From Octopus vulgaris (taxonomy: Eukaryota), in NCBI GenBank assembly GCA_951406725.2, contig OX597830.1, forward strand, positions 10,044,001 to 10,108,000: DNA of 64,000 nt, in the 5' to 3' direction. The notes under the pieces were generated by a model, which was given only the letters and a program-made list of their open reading frames with translations, did no database searches and was not told where the DNA came from. The position numbers and the translations under genes are program-made. Positions 14,120-26,807 of this stretch are shown piece by piece (position 1 is the first letter of the stretch; each line of letters begins with the position of its first letter).

Positions 14120-14448
14120 AGGCCATCAGCTGTAACATCGCGTCGCTGCATCCACCATATTAGGGCGCCTTTGCACCATTTAGGCGACAACCCTCCAACG
14201 TATGGGTCTATTTTGGGTAGTCGTTGCCAGCGAGGGTTTTGCGAGGTTGCAGGGCAAATCCTACTTCAATCTCCTTCATTTGGTCTCATTTTTACGACAC
14301 GCAGAGGAAATGTTGTGTCAATCCCTTGACATGCTGGTCCCCCCCCCACACACACACACACACTTCACACACATACCAGACCCCACAGACGTGATGGTCC
14401 CCACACACATGTCGTTCTCCACACACATTAACAATACATCAACATTGC

Positions 14449-14491
14449 CACTCTGATGATGAGACTTGGGAGGTCTTCAAACAAACGAGTG
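14449..14491 (+). ncRNA. Degenerate type-I hammerhead motif
   Basis: cact-CTGATGA-t-gagac ttgggag gtctt-cAAA-caaacg-agtg; stems I and II pair, GAAA mutated to CAAA. Confidence 0.45.
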
Positions 14492-14800
14492 AATTTAGCA
14501 ATAACACACAACTAAACATAACGGCCTAATAAGAATATATGAGAAATTTTGATAAATAGTGATTAATATAAACGTTGTTGTGTCCTTAATATAAGATGAG
14601 TGTATGTGTGTGGTGTTAGGCTGGTGGTGTTTTAATTCTATATGGAATTTAAACATTTTTAATAGCGTCGTGTCAAATGCTGATCGCCGTCTCCATTACA
14701 TAAGTTGATATATGTATCGGGTCGTATTTGAAAACGAGTCTTGGGAATATGACTTTATGTGTATGTGTGATATATGTGTGAATATATACGTACATATATA

Positions 14801-15070
14801 CGAGGTTTGATCGAAATATATCTCGACTGGTATTATCAAAAGAAAACTACCATACAAACGAATTTGCATTTAATCGCCTTAGAAGTGGTCCTCTTCTGAC
14901 GCCAAACATTGTATCCAGCATCGTTTCCATTGTTGGAAACATTCCTGAAACTTTCTTTTTTTTTCTGTTTGGTGGGTTTAACGAGCAGCTGTCCTTTTCC
15001 ATTCTCTTGGATTCCATACCTGTCTTCAAATCTTGTTCCTTTCAAGTGTGATTTGAGTTTTGGAAAGACT
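14801..15070 (-). mobile_element. Mariner 3' fragment with one TIR
   Basis: FPKLKSHLKGTRFED..., then frameshifted FQQWKRCWIQCLASEEDHF; terminus ta|cgaggtttgatcgaaa. Confidence 0.8.
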
Positions 15071-15230
15071 CTAGGCCGTAATAACCAATACACCATGTAT
15101 CTTTCCACGCTTGCATTCACACACACACACACAGCCCCATACGCAAGTGCCCATACACACACATACACACATGCACAAACACCCCCCACCCACAAACACT
15201 CACACACATGCACTCACACACACGTACATT

Positions 15231-15391
<161 letters not shown>

Positions 15392-15790
15392 TTAACAAAA
15401 TGAACAACAGATTTTGCGGTGCACCGCATCGATAAATCGAAGGTAGGACAAAATATACATCAATCCAATTTCTCCGCCATAGTCACTGACGCAACCCCTG
15501 CCGTGTGTCGAGACTACCACACTCTACAAACTTTACTTCCAAGCACTACAATAAAGAACGAAAGTGAGCAACAGCCTCATAACTTACTGAGCATGCGCAG
15601 CAGAGTTCAAGGTCAACTGTGTCAAACGGCTACTCTGCGAAGTTTAGACACAGTCCCGATCATATTCAGTTAAACATCGTGCATGTATGTTCATATATAT
15701 ACATGCATAGATATACATATATCTCCCCGTCTCTCTCACTCTCTTTATTTTTTTTTCTCTCTCTATTCATGTATATGTAATATGTATATG

Positions 15791-16736
15791 CAGTGTGAGT
15801 GAAATGTAAGTAGGCATTAAAAATTGGTAATAAAATCCATGTTCCTTTTACAAATTTACTCAAACAAATGATATATGTTCTTTATTACATGTCAAAATGA
15901 AAGTAAATCTTCATATTTCAATGTAAGCACCGGTGGCATCAACAGGTTTCCTCAAACAACCAAGGATGGAATGAACGATCTTATGAAGGACGTCGTCTAG
16001 TTTATCCTGCATCCGTTTGTCCAAGTCCTCCAGTGTGCGGGATTTTGTTTTGTACACCTCTTCTTTTGTGTAACCCCACACGTAAAAATCACATAGAGTG
16101 AGATCTGGACTTCTTGGACTTCTGGACTTCTTGGACTTCTGGACTTCTTGGACTTCTGAACTTCTTGGACTTCTGGACTTCTGGACTTCTGTGGCCACAG
16201 TCTTCAGGTTTTAGCTCCTGCACGTAATGGAGTTTCTACAGACAAAATTTCAATTCTTTATGTACAACCGTATGTATTGTGTGTCTTATTAGTCCACTAT
16301 CATGAGCTGCTTGACCTATTGATTTTTGCGGGCTGCGATTAAACATTTCCTGTACTATTGCCACGTCTCCGCTGATCGAGGAGTTGTTGGACGTCCATTT
16401 CTTGCATCGTTTACAGAGCCCATGGTCATCAGATCTGCATGACAATTTTTTATTGTCTCTGGACGTAGTATTGCATGTTTACCTTTCCATGCACGTCACC
16501 AACAATGGAATTCCACACTTCATAGCGTACTGCTCTCTTAGGTCGCCCCTGCACAGTCAAGCGACCAGCCATCGAGGAAAGAAGGAATACGAAATAACAA
16601 AATAGCAAAATACGACAATAAGAAAATAAGAAACCCCCATATGTGATGTCTGTTTAAAAGATGTTTTCATCATCACTTCAGTGATACTAAAAATTGTACA
16701 AGCAATTTATAACGCCTTGTTACTTTGCAACCAACC

Positions 16737-16740
<4 letters not shown>
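15791..16740 (-). mobile_element. Internally deleted Tc1/mariner-superfamily element (WPxRSPDL type)
   Basis: RSPDLTLCDFYVWGYTKEEVYKTKSRTLEDL and HTH remnant FNRSPQKSIGQAAHDSGL; imperfect ~35-bp TIRs (cagtgtgagtgaaatgtaagtaggcatt / aacgccttgttactttgcaaccaaccta). Confidence 0.82.
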
Positions 16741-16783
<43 letters not shown>

Positions 16784-16789
16784 ATATAT

Positions 16790-16925
16790 TATTTTATTCC
16801 TTTATTTGTTTCAGTCATTTGGCTGTGGCCATGCTGGAGCACCGCCTTTAGTCGAGCAAATCGACCCCAGGAATTATTCGTTGTAAGCCTAGTACTTATT
16901 TTATCGGTCACTTTTGCCGAACATA
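16790..16925 (-). mobile_element. SINE family A 3' fragment
   Basis: tttcagtcatttggctgtggccatgctggagcaccgcc. Confidence 0.85.
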
Positions 16926-17491
16926 GATATATATAGTCCAAGATATACATAGATATACATTGTCCAAGGTGGTGCCCCAGCATGACCACAGCTGCGTGGC
17001 TGAAACGAGTAAAATACATATATACATACATATATTCATACATACATACATACATACATTCGTATATGATATGATATAATATTATATGGCTAAAATATTG
17101 AATAATGCAGTTAGTTTCGAGAGCCTATATCTAATGGTGGAGATTTTGGTTTAATAATAAAGACTAGATCTAAATAAGGCGATGGAAAGAACTATAGAAT
17201 TTATGCAAATGGTAAAGCGACGGAACTGTTTCCCGCAAAACATTTTCGTTCCTCAAATCAAACATTGTATCTGAATTGGATAATTTTCTGCTAACTATTA
17301 ATGCATTGTTAGTTCAGCGTCTCCTCTGTTAATTATGTTGGATGTTGACAACTTTCCCTGGCGGTTATGCAAAAGAATACATCAAAGAAATAGTTGCCAT
17401 TTTTGGTAACGAAACAGAAACTTAAGAGTGTAGGTCCTGAAGTAGATATAGCTTTTCTGTTGCTAATGTTAAAGATGAGGTTACAGTGGTA

Positions 17492-17540
<49 letters not shown>

Positions 17541-17809
17541 CAGGTGGTGTTGACGATGGTTGTGCCGGTGGCGCGATGGTGAGGGTGCGAGGATGAGTTT
17601 GAAGAATCTACTACAGTTTAGACAAACCAGGTGAGATGTTATAGAAATAGGTGTGAAACACTAACAATACAATTGAAGAAGGGTGATGAGAAGGTAGGGT
17701 GAAAGAGAAGGAGAATAAGGGGAGGAGGAGGAGGAGGAGGAAGAAGAAGAAGAAGAAGAAGAAGAAGAAGAAGAAGAAGAAGAAGAAGAAGAAGAAGAAG
17801 AAGAAGAAG

Positions 17810-17838
<29 letters not shown>
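17492..17838. repeat. (GAT)n at 17492-17539 and (GGA)n(GAA)n at 17722-17838
   Basis: Directly visible; source of the poly-K/F/L/S ORFs. Confidence 0.95.
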
Positions 17839-17841
<3 letters not shown>

Positions 17842-17918
17842 CGAGAAGCGAAATGACTGCAACGATGACATTGACAGAAAAGAAAACGAAGCTTTGATAT
17901 ATATACGTGTATATATAT

Positions 17919-17970
<52 letters not shown>

Positions 17971-17971
<1 letters not shown>

Positions 17972-18917
17972 TAATAATAAAGGGTGAAATTAATTAATTA
18001 GGGATAATTATCAATTACACCAAGTAGATTTCGGCATGTAAAAGCCCCATTCGAGGAAAATTTAAGTAATACTAAGTAATTAAGGGTTTAGCAACGAATT
18101 GCCTCACCAACACACCGAATTTAGAAATAGCAGTCAAAGTGATATAGCTATTCCTACTACTAAAAGGGGATCTCAGTAAAAACACAGCACTTGAAAGGCA
18201 AACACAGGCAGGTAAGAAAGAAAGAATGAAATGACGGCAATCCATCATGCAATTTTAAGTTACCTACGGACGTACGTTTCGAGATCAAGTTTTAGGAGAG
18301 CATAAGAATTAGAAAATTCTACTTTACCCAAACTTCTTCTCTCATCGGCGCAGGATACTACAATTATGAATAATTGTACTTGGTGTAATTGATAATTATC
18401 CCTAATTAATTAATTTCACCCTTTATTATTACTGATAACCATATTTTATCCCAGTAAATGACCGCAGCATTTTGTCTTGGCTACACGCGGGTGGAAGGGG
18501 CTGGTGACACAAACTTTCATTCAAACTTTGAATTTCGTGGTACTGGTCATGCTTTGGCTCGCTCTGACACTGAGTTGAGATGATGCATTCTAGTATCTCA
18601 AAATTTAATATACAATTATTCATAATTGTAGTATCCTGCGCCGATGAGAGAAGAAGTTTGGGTAAAGTAGAATTTTCTAATTCTTATGCTCTCCTAAAAC
18701 TTGATCTCGAAACGTACGTCCGTAGGTAACTTAAAATTGCATGATGGATTGCCGTCATTTCATTCTTTCTTTCTTACCTGTCTGTGTTTGCCTTTCAAGT
18801 GCTGTGTTTTTACTGAGATCCCCCTTTTAGTAGAAGGAATAGCTATATCTCTTTGACTGCTATTTCTAAATTCGGTGTGTTGGTGAGGCAATTCGTTGCT
18901 AAACCCTTAATTACTTA

Positions 18918-18920
<3 letters not shown>
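17971..18920. mobile_element. Non-coding Penelope-like/retrozyme-like element with two inverted-repeat pairs and two hammerhead motifs
   Basis: 18070-18378 = rc of 18611-18920; 17971-18026 = rc of 18377-18432; flanked on both sides by (TA)n. Confidence 0.85.
18635..18726 (+). ncRNA. Type-I hammerhead motif, CCGAUGA core, long stem-II insert (mirror copy ~18262-18354, minus)
   Basis: cctgcg-CCGATGA-gaga...tctc-GAAA-cGTA-cgtccgtagg. Confidence 0.6.
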
Positions 18921-18979
<59 letters not shown>

Positions 18980-19116
18980 GCGTATATATATACGTTTATA
19001 TATATATATATATATAAATGTATATATGTATATATATGTATATATATATGCATATATGTATATGTATATATGTATATATATACGGATATGTATGTATGTA
19101 TATATATGTATGTGTG

Positions 19117-19177
<61 letters not shown>

Positions 19178-19374
19178 GTATGAATATATACGCATGGACA
19201 TATAAACATACATACATATATATGTCTGTATGTACGTATATATACATACATACATAAGCACACACACATGCACACACACACACACACACGTATATATATA
19301 CATAGGCTTGCACATATAAATATACACACATATATGTCTGTATGTATGTATTACATGTATATATGCCATTTCTT

Positions 19375-19785
19375 TCTTTTCTCTTTTACTAGTATCAGGC
19401 AGCAAACCGCGGCCATGCTGGGGCATCAGCTTGAACATTTTTTGTCGAATGAATCGATTCCATTGTGTATTTGTTTAAGCGTGGTTTTTATTCAATCTTT
19501 TGCCGAACGAATCGCTAAGTTACGAGGACATAAACAAACGAACAACGTTTGTCAAGCGATTTGAAGGGACAAATACAGGCAAAAGGTCAAACACACACGC
19601 ACACATACTTATATACATATATGATGGGCTTCTTCCAGTTTCTATTTGCCAACTCCACTCACAAGGCTTTCATCGGTCGGAAGCTATAGTAGAAGACACT
19701 TGCCCGTTGTCCCACACAATAGCACTGAAACAGAAGCCATGTGGTACAGAACTAAACTTCTTACCTCTTAGCTACGGCTGCACAT
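19375..19785 (-). mobile_element. SINE family A, degenerate
   Basis: gcggccatgctggggca ... gctatagtagaagacacttgccc. Confidence 0.82.
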
Positions 19786-19821
19786 ATGTACTTGTATGTA
19801 ATGAATATTTATATTGTATAA

Positions 19822-20412
19822 AAGGCGGCGAGCTGGCAGAAACGTTAGCGCGCCGGGCGAAATGCTTAGCGGTATTTCGTCTGCCGTTACGTTCTGAGTT
19901 CAAATTCTGCCGAGGTAGACTTAGCCTTTCATCCTTTCGGGGCCAATTAAATAATTTCCAGTTACGCACTGGGGTCGATATAATCGACTTAATCCGTTTG
20001 TCTGTCCTTGTTTGTCTCTTCTGTGTTTAGCCCCTTATGGGTAGTAAAGAAATAGGTATTTCCTCTGCCGTTACGTTCTGAGTTCAAATTCCATCGACGT
20101 CAACTTTGCTTTACATCATTTCGTTGTCGATAAATTAAGTACCAGTTGCGTGCCGGGGTAGATCTAATCGACTTAGTCCGTTTGTCTGTCCTTGTTTGTT
20201 CCCTCTGTGTTTAGCCCCTTGTGAGTAGTAAAAAATAGGTATTTAGTCTGTCTTTAGGTTCTGAGTTCAAATTCCGCCAAGGTCAACTTTGCTTTTCATC
20301 CTCTCGAGGGTCGATAAATTAATAAACTAAGTACCAGTCGCGTACTGGGGTCGATCCAATCGACTGACTGCCTCCCCCAAAATTTCGAGCCTTGTGCCTA
20401 GAGTAGAAAAGA
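19822..20412 (+). mobile_element. SINE family B tandem array (head + 3 units)
   Basis: aaggcggcgagctggcagaaacgttagc head; junctions aaagaaataggtatttc at ~20047 and aaaaaataggtattt at ~20230; alternative tail ccttgtgcctagagtagaaaag. Confidence 0.92.
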
Positions 20413-20959
20413 ATATATGTATATATGTTTGTGTATGTGATTGCGTATGAATCGCCACAAGATCGTTGTTTAGTTGTTGACTGCGTATCGTTTCCGTTTA
20501 AGCGGTAGGATCCATGCAGGACATTAAATGAGAATTTAGTTTATTTAGGACAGCATATGCTGTGGCCATTAACAGTTTACTAAGCCGATTACTTATCACT
20601 TATATAGGAACCGTTGCACAGCTTTTACAGAGCCAAATGGTAGAGAGAAAGGGAGAAGAAGAGAGAGAGGGAGAGATAGCGGGAAGGGAGAGAGGAAAGC
20701 GAGAGGTGAGAAGGGAGAAAGAGGGAAAAGTGAATGGAGAAATTCAAATAAAAAAATAATCTCCAACAAATGAGGAGAGTATGCATGTGTAAACATAACT
20801 GCAACCGCAAAAATAAACCGGCATCAATACGTTCATTGCGTGCGTGCATGTAAGTGTGTGTGTGGGGGGGGCGTGTGTGCGCGTTTGTGTGTGAGCGTAT
20901 GTGTATGTGCATGAAAGCCATTGTGAATATTATGTGTTGAGTCCGTGGCTCATGACGTA

Positions 20960-21225
20960 GTGAATTCGATTTCTGGACGAGGCTGTGTGTTGTGTTCTTG
21001 AGCAAGACACTTTATTTCACGTTGCCCCAGTTCACTCAGCTGTAGAAATGAGTTGCGACGTCACTGGTGCCAAGCTGTATCGGCCCCTTTGCCTTTTCCA
21101 TGGATAACATCAGTAGCATGGAAAGGTATGCATGGGAAACTGTTGCACTTCAATAAAACAATCTTGCCTCCACTTGTGCTTCGGAGGGGAAGTTTCAGGG
21201 TGCACTCTGATGGCCATTCATAACC
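20960..21225 (+). mobile_element. CORE-like SINE with a different tail
   Basis: gttgtgttcttgagcaagacactttatttcacgttgccccagttcactcagctg shared with family D. Confidence 0.7.
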
Positions 21226-21555
21226 CTTTAAAGTGCCTGTGCATGATATATAGGGATATTCAAATTATGGATATATTTTGTCAGGATTACTTTGTCAATT
21301 TTTTGTTCGTGTAGATGTGTGTTTTATGCATTATATATTTGGTGAAAATGGGTGAGCGTTTGCGTAAGTGTAGGTGTGAAGAGATACATATGTTTCAAGT
21401 TTAAATGACATGCGTACTAAAACATTCTACTAATACTAATACATGGTGCATAACATTTCATAACAAACAGCCTGATATAGGATAGCTTTAAGAACATTTT
21501 CAACTACATCATCTATTAAAATCAGCATTGCTACACAGTACTCAACATGGAACAT

Positions 21556-21670
<115 letters not shown>

Positions 21671-21763
21671 TATATATATATATTTCTATATGTACATATA
21701 TATATATACATAAATATATTGTAGTATATATAAATATATATATATATAAAAATACATACATAC

Positions 21764-21821
<58 letters not shown>

Positions 21822-21964
21822 ACTTACCTAAGCAGCAGGGTAGCATCATTTGAAAGCTAAAACGATGCAAAGCGCATTGATCAGCGATGTGTTACAACAT
21901 CTGATAGCATGGTCGGTGTAAAAGGTGAATATACATTCATACACACACACACTTACATACACAC

Positions 21965-22044
<80 letters not shown>

Positions 22045-22159
22045 TCACGTGATATACACACATACTTGCATATGTATATATGTGTGTGTGTGTGTGTGTT
22101 TGTGTGTCTGTGGGGGGTAAAATAATAACATTATACCCAGAGAAATCTATATCCTTCAT

Positions 22160-22360
22160 CTTCTAGTTGTGTTAGTCACTTGACAGCGGCCAAGCTGGGG
22201 CTTTCTAATCGAACGAATTGATCCCAATACTTACTTTTATTTGAAATTCTGGTACTTATTCTATGTCTCATTTGCCGAACCCCTATGCTACGGGGACGTA
22301 AACGAACCAACACCGACTGTCAGGCGGTGAGGTGGGGACAAACACAAACACACCGATATA

Positions 22361-22426
<66 letters not shown>

Positions 22427-22550
22427 CGATGTGCTTCTTTTAGTTTCCGTCTACCAAATCTACTTACAAGGCTGTTTGGCCCGCGACTATAGAAGAAGAA
22501 ACTTGCTCAAGGTGCCACGCAGTAGGACTGAATCCGGAACCGTGTGGTTC
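22160..22550 (-). mobile_element. SINE family A, degenerate
   Basis: tttgccgaacc...ggggacgtaaac...gtttccgtctaccaaatc...aaggtgccacgcagtaggactgaa. Confidence 0.82.
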
Positions 22551-22844
22551 GAATGTATCCTTACAATCACTGATTTTATTCTGAATTCACATGGAAACCA
22601 ATACGCTGACAGTAACAAAGCTAGCTTCTCAACCATGTGGTTTTCAGTTCAATCCCCCTAATTGCATAAATATGATAATAAATACCTGTAGATATATGTG
22701 CACATATATGTGGGACAGAGACAAGGAGACAGACAGAGGGAGAAATACACTTCAGCCGAGATTTAGCGATTCTTCTTTTATATATTATATAAATCTTGGA
22801 ATTACAAATAATATACTTTACAAATAATAAACATATATTTAAAA

Positions 22845-23055
22845 TAAAGCTGGACCTCTTCCTGTCAGGTGTCCCAGATGAACCAACTTCACGGCAGGAG
22901 GTGCAGATGAGGGAAGCTACATCTAACTCTCTCATGCACCAAATTTCAATTGCTAAAATGCATTCGTGAAGTAAAATCATGTAGCAACACCGAATGGCGG
23001 TGCCCCAGCATGGTCACAGCTCGTGAGCTGAAACTAGATAAAATAAAATAAATAA
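22845..23055 (+). mobile_element. 3' end of a CR1/L2-group LINE whose tail matches SINE A
   Basis: Translates as KLDLFLSGVPDEPTSRQEVQMREATSNSLMHQ; tail ggcggtgccccagcatggtcacagc..gctgaaactagat(aaaat)n. Confidence 0.7.
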
Positions 23056-23064
23056 AATATACTC

Positions 23065-23215
23065 GTTATGTGGTAAAAAGCTTGCTTCCCAAACACATGG
23101 TTCCGGGTTCAGACCCACTGCCTGGCACCTTGGGTAAATGTTATCTATTATAGCCCTGGGTCGACCAAAGCTTTGTGAGTGGATCTGGTAGACGGAAACG
23201 GATAGTTCGTCGTAT
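23065..23215 (+). mobile_element. SINE family A 5' half
   Basis: gcttgcttcccaaacacatggttccgggttcag...ggtagacggaaac. Confidence 0.85.
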
Positions 23216-23293
23216 ATATGTATATATGTAACACTTATAGATTTCTGCGGTTCGAGATCCACTGTTGCAAAATAAATATATATATATATATAT

Positions 23294-24467
23294 GATGGCA
23301 GTCCACTCGTGACCGAGGAAGACCATTGCCGACCTTCAGGAACATTGTGCGCTCTAGGACTAACTTATATTTTGCATTTTCGGCTCCGTTGGTGGCTAAT
23401 GAGCCCTGCTCTTGACAAACATAGACGACTGCAAACATTGCAGACCAAGCTTTCCCCATTCACTATATGAGCCGTGCGCTTTCGCGCAGCTCGCTTAAGT
23501 TCTTCATGCTGGATACGTGCTCTCTCAAAAGTGTCGATCCCCTCCTTAACCTGCTTCCTCCATCTGTGGCGATGACAGGCATTGTTCACATAGTCAGTGT
23601 TCTGCATATCACAGGCCTTTAATGAGGACTTGACACAGTCCTTAAATCGCAGCCTTGGTTTCTGCCGGAGTCTCCTTCCAATCACAAGTTCTCCATAGAG
23701 TATCTGCTTAGGAATTCTTCTATCCTTCATTCTAATAACGTAACCGGTGCTTGTGCACCATCGCCTCAATACTCAAGATATCAGCTGTCCTTAGGATCTG
23801 TGTGTCTGGAATTTTTGAGGTCCAGCCAACATTGAGAATGTGTCTGAGACATCTCTGATGAAAACGTTCAAGGACCCTTACCTGACGTTTGTACGGAGTC
23901 CATGTCTCACATGAGTAGAGAAGCGATGTCAGTACACAAGCATGGTACACAGCAACTTTTGTTCTCCTTGCGATGCCATGTTGGAACCAGACACGAAACT
24001 GAAGAGACCGGAAGGAATTAGTTGCTCTCTGCAACCTGAAAGATATTTCCTCATCCAGGGAGTAAGAACGGCTGAGTGTGCTGCCCAGGTAGACAAACTT
24101 GTCTACTACCTTCAGAATTGTTCCTTCAACCAAGATAGCTGGTTATATATATGGATTTCCTGGTGCAGGCTGGAACATTACAACAGTCTTGCCCAGGCTA
24201 ATGCTGAGTCCAAATGCCCTGCAAGAAGCAGAAATGCAATTCATGAGTATTTGCATGTCATCCACTGTATGAGTGACTAAGTCACAGTCATCTGCATAAA
24301 GGAGGTCACGAATATTAGACTGGGAAACCTTTGAATTGGCAGCAAATCGGCGAAGATTAAAGAGGCGGCCAGAAGATCGATATCTGACATATATTCCCAG
24401 AGAGCTAACCTTAGCAAAAGCATGAGTAAAAGCAGCAGCAAAGTACAAAGAAAAGAGAGTTGGGGCA
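23294..24467 (-). mobile_element. 5'-truncated RTE (BovB-like) LINE; RT C-half and C2H2 tail, with a stop and a frameshift
   Basis: GRLFNLRR...DLLYADDC; FVYLGSTLS; LLYSCETW; RIPKQILYGEL; CNVCSRLCLSRAGLISHQR; 3' stem-loop tail. Confidence 0.95.
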
Positions 24468-24501
24468 TATACATATGTATATATACTTACATATATATAT
24501 A

Positions 24502-24532
<31 letters not shown>

Positions 24533-24577
24533 ATGTATATATATATATATTTATGTATATAAATGTGTATGTATATA

Positions 24578-24623
<46 letters not shown>

Positions 24624-24672
24624 CACATTTATACACACACCCTCACGTGCAAACTCTAACACACTTGCACAT

Positions 24673-24722
<50 letters not shown>

Positions 24723-25190
24723 ACACGCAAAGTAATTGAAAATAACTTTCTTTTATATAAATTTCGGTAATGAAAAAGTCCATTTTCAAATATGCTTAAT
24801 CGGTTTACCAGATTTTCTGCCTTGGGATTAAATTTAAGAAATTCAAGTAAGAGCTAAGGGCAGGTAAATACGGCACATACACTCCTTGTTAGTTTTGAGA
24901 GAATATCCGATTGACAAACATCTGTTTGCTCCTCATACTTACCTTTGACCCGGCCTGCACAGCTCTATCACATCCTGCCTATACACATGGGCCTCATCAA
25001 TCATTTATTGATGCTGAATAACATATACCAGATTAATTTATATACCATCATGCTCTGTGAACCCATGAATGTCTAAGCATATACGTATATGCAATATATA
25101 CTTACTATACACACACATACTCACAAACACATATACATGTGTGTGTATATCTTATACAGACGGCTGCGTGGTAAGCTTTGCTAGAGGCCC

Positions 25191-25357
25191 AGGCGTAGCT
25201 TCGTGGTAAGAAACTTGACTCCCAACCACATGGTTCTGGGTTCAGTCCTACTGCGCGGCACCTTGCACAAGTGTCTTCTGCTATAGGGTCGGGCTGACCA
25301 AAGACGTTGAGCGGATTTGGTGGATTCGGTAGACGGAAACTGAAAGACACCCGTCCC
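25191..25357 (+). mobile_element. SINE family A 5' half
   Basis: cccaaccacatggttctgggttcagtcc...gacggaaactgaaaga. Confidence 0.85.
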
Positions 25358-25366
25358 ATGTATACG

Positions 25367-25580
<214 letters not shown>

Positions 25581-26029
25581 TATGTATAAACTCCTTGAAA
25601 TCTAACAAAATAGTGTGAAGCATAAAAGCCGAACGTAATGTGAGTTTCACAAAAGTGATGCAAGTGTGACGCATTTGAAAATAGAAATATTAGTTGGTGG
25701 GGGTGGGGATTGAAAATTAAAAAAGACAATAAACTGCTAGTCAATAAACTTCTCATCGTTTATCATAGCAAGTAACCTTGGCAATGTTCAATTTCAGAAA
25801 AATATAAAAATGAAAAAGTCGCTACTCTATTGTCCATCGTGCCATACTGTGGGACTGAACCCAGAGCTAAATGGCTGAGAAGCAAGTTTCTAACCCCACA
25901 GCCATACTTGTGCCAATAGGCTAGGTTACACATTTATATATACATACATATGCATATATGTTTGTGTGTCTGTGCATGTATGTGCGTTAGTGTGGATAAA
26001 CACTCACATAAATGTGTATATATATATAC

Positions 26030-26096
<67 letters not shown>

Positions 26097-26189
26097 GTGT
26101 ATACACTCTTACATGCGCACATATGTATATATATATATATATGCTAGGATTTGAAATAAAAATAGTTCTCGGTTCGGTGTTTTGTATTA

Positions 26190-26356
26190 GAAAAAAATTC
26201 AGCAGGAATGGATTTGCTGATGATTTTCCCACTTTAATAATTAGACGTTCATAAATCATTTAATGATTAATGTTTGTTAATCATTAATTGATTTATAAAC
26301 ATTAAATTATTAAAGTAGAAAAGCCATCAGAAAAACCATTTCTGTTAATTTCTTTC
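26190..26356. repeat. Imperfect ~165-bp palindrome of a dispersed repeat
   Basis: Arms centred on gattaatgtttgttaatc; one arm also occurs singly at 4485-4530. Confidence 0.75.
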
Positions 26357-26456
26357 AAAATACGCCCGAGTGTGTGAACACATACATACATATACACACA
26401 CGCGCGCACGCACGCACACACACACACTCACACACACACGCACACACACATACCTA

Positions 26457-26488
<32 letters not shown>

Positions 26489-26491
<3 letters not shown>

Positions 26492-26733
26492 AGGTGCGTG
26501 GCTTAGAGGTTAGGGTGTCAGCATCATGATCGTAAGATTGTGGTTTCGATTCCTGGACCGGGCGACGCGTTGTGTTCTTGACCAAAACACTTCATTTCAC
26601 GTTGCTCCAGTCCACTCAGCTGGCAAAAATGAGTAGCGCAGCGATGGACTGGCGTCCCGTCCACCTTGGAAAACATACGCCATTGAAACCGGGAAACCGG
26701 GCCCATGAGCCTGGCTAGGCTTTAAAAGGGCGC

Positions 26734-26735
<2 letters not shown>
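26489..26735 (+). mobile_element. SINE family D (tRNA head + CORE-like + V-like domains) inside (TA)n
   Basis: Box A gtggcttagagg, box B gtttcgattcc; cttgaccaaaacacttc; gcgatggactggcgtcccgtcc. Confidence 0.88.
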
Positions 26736-26807
<72 letters not shown>

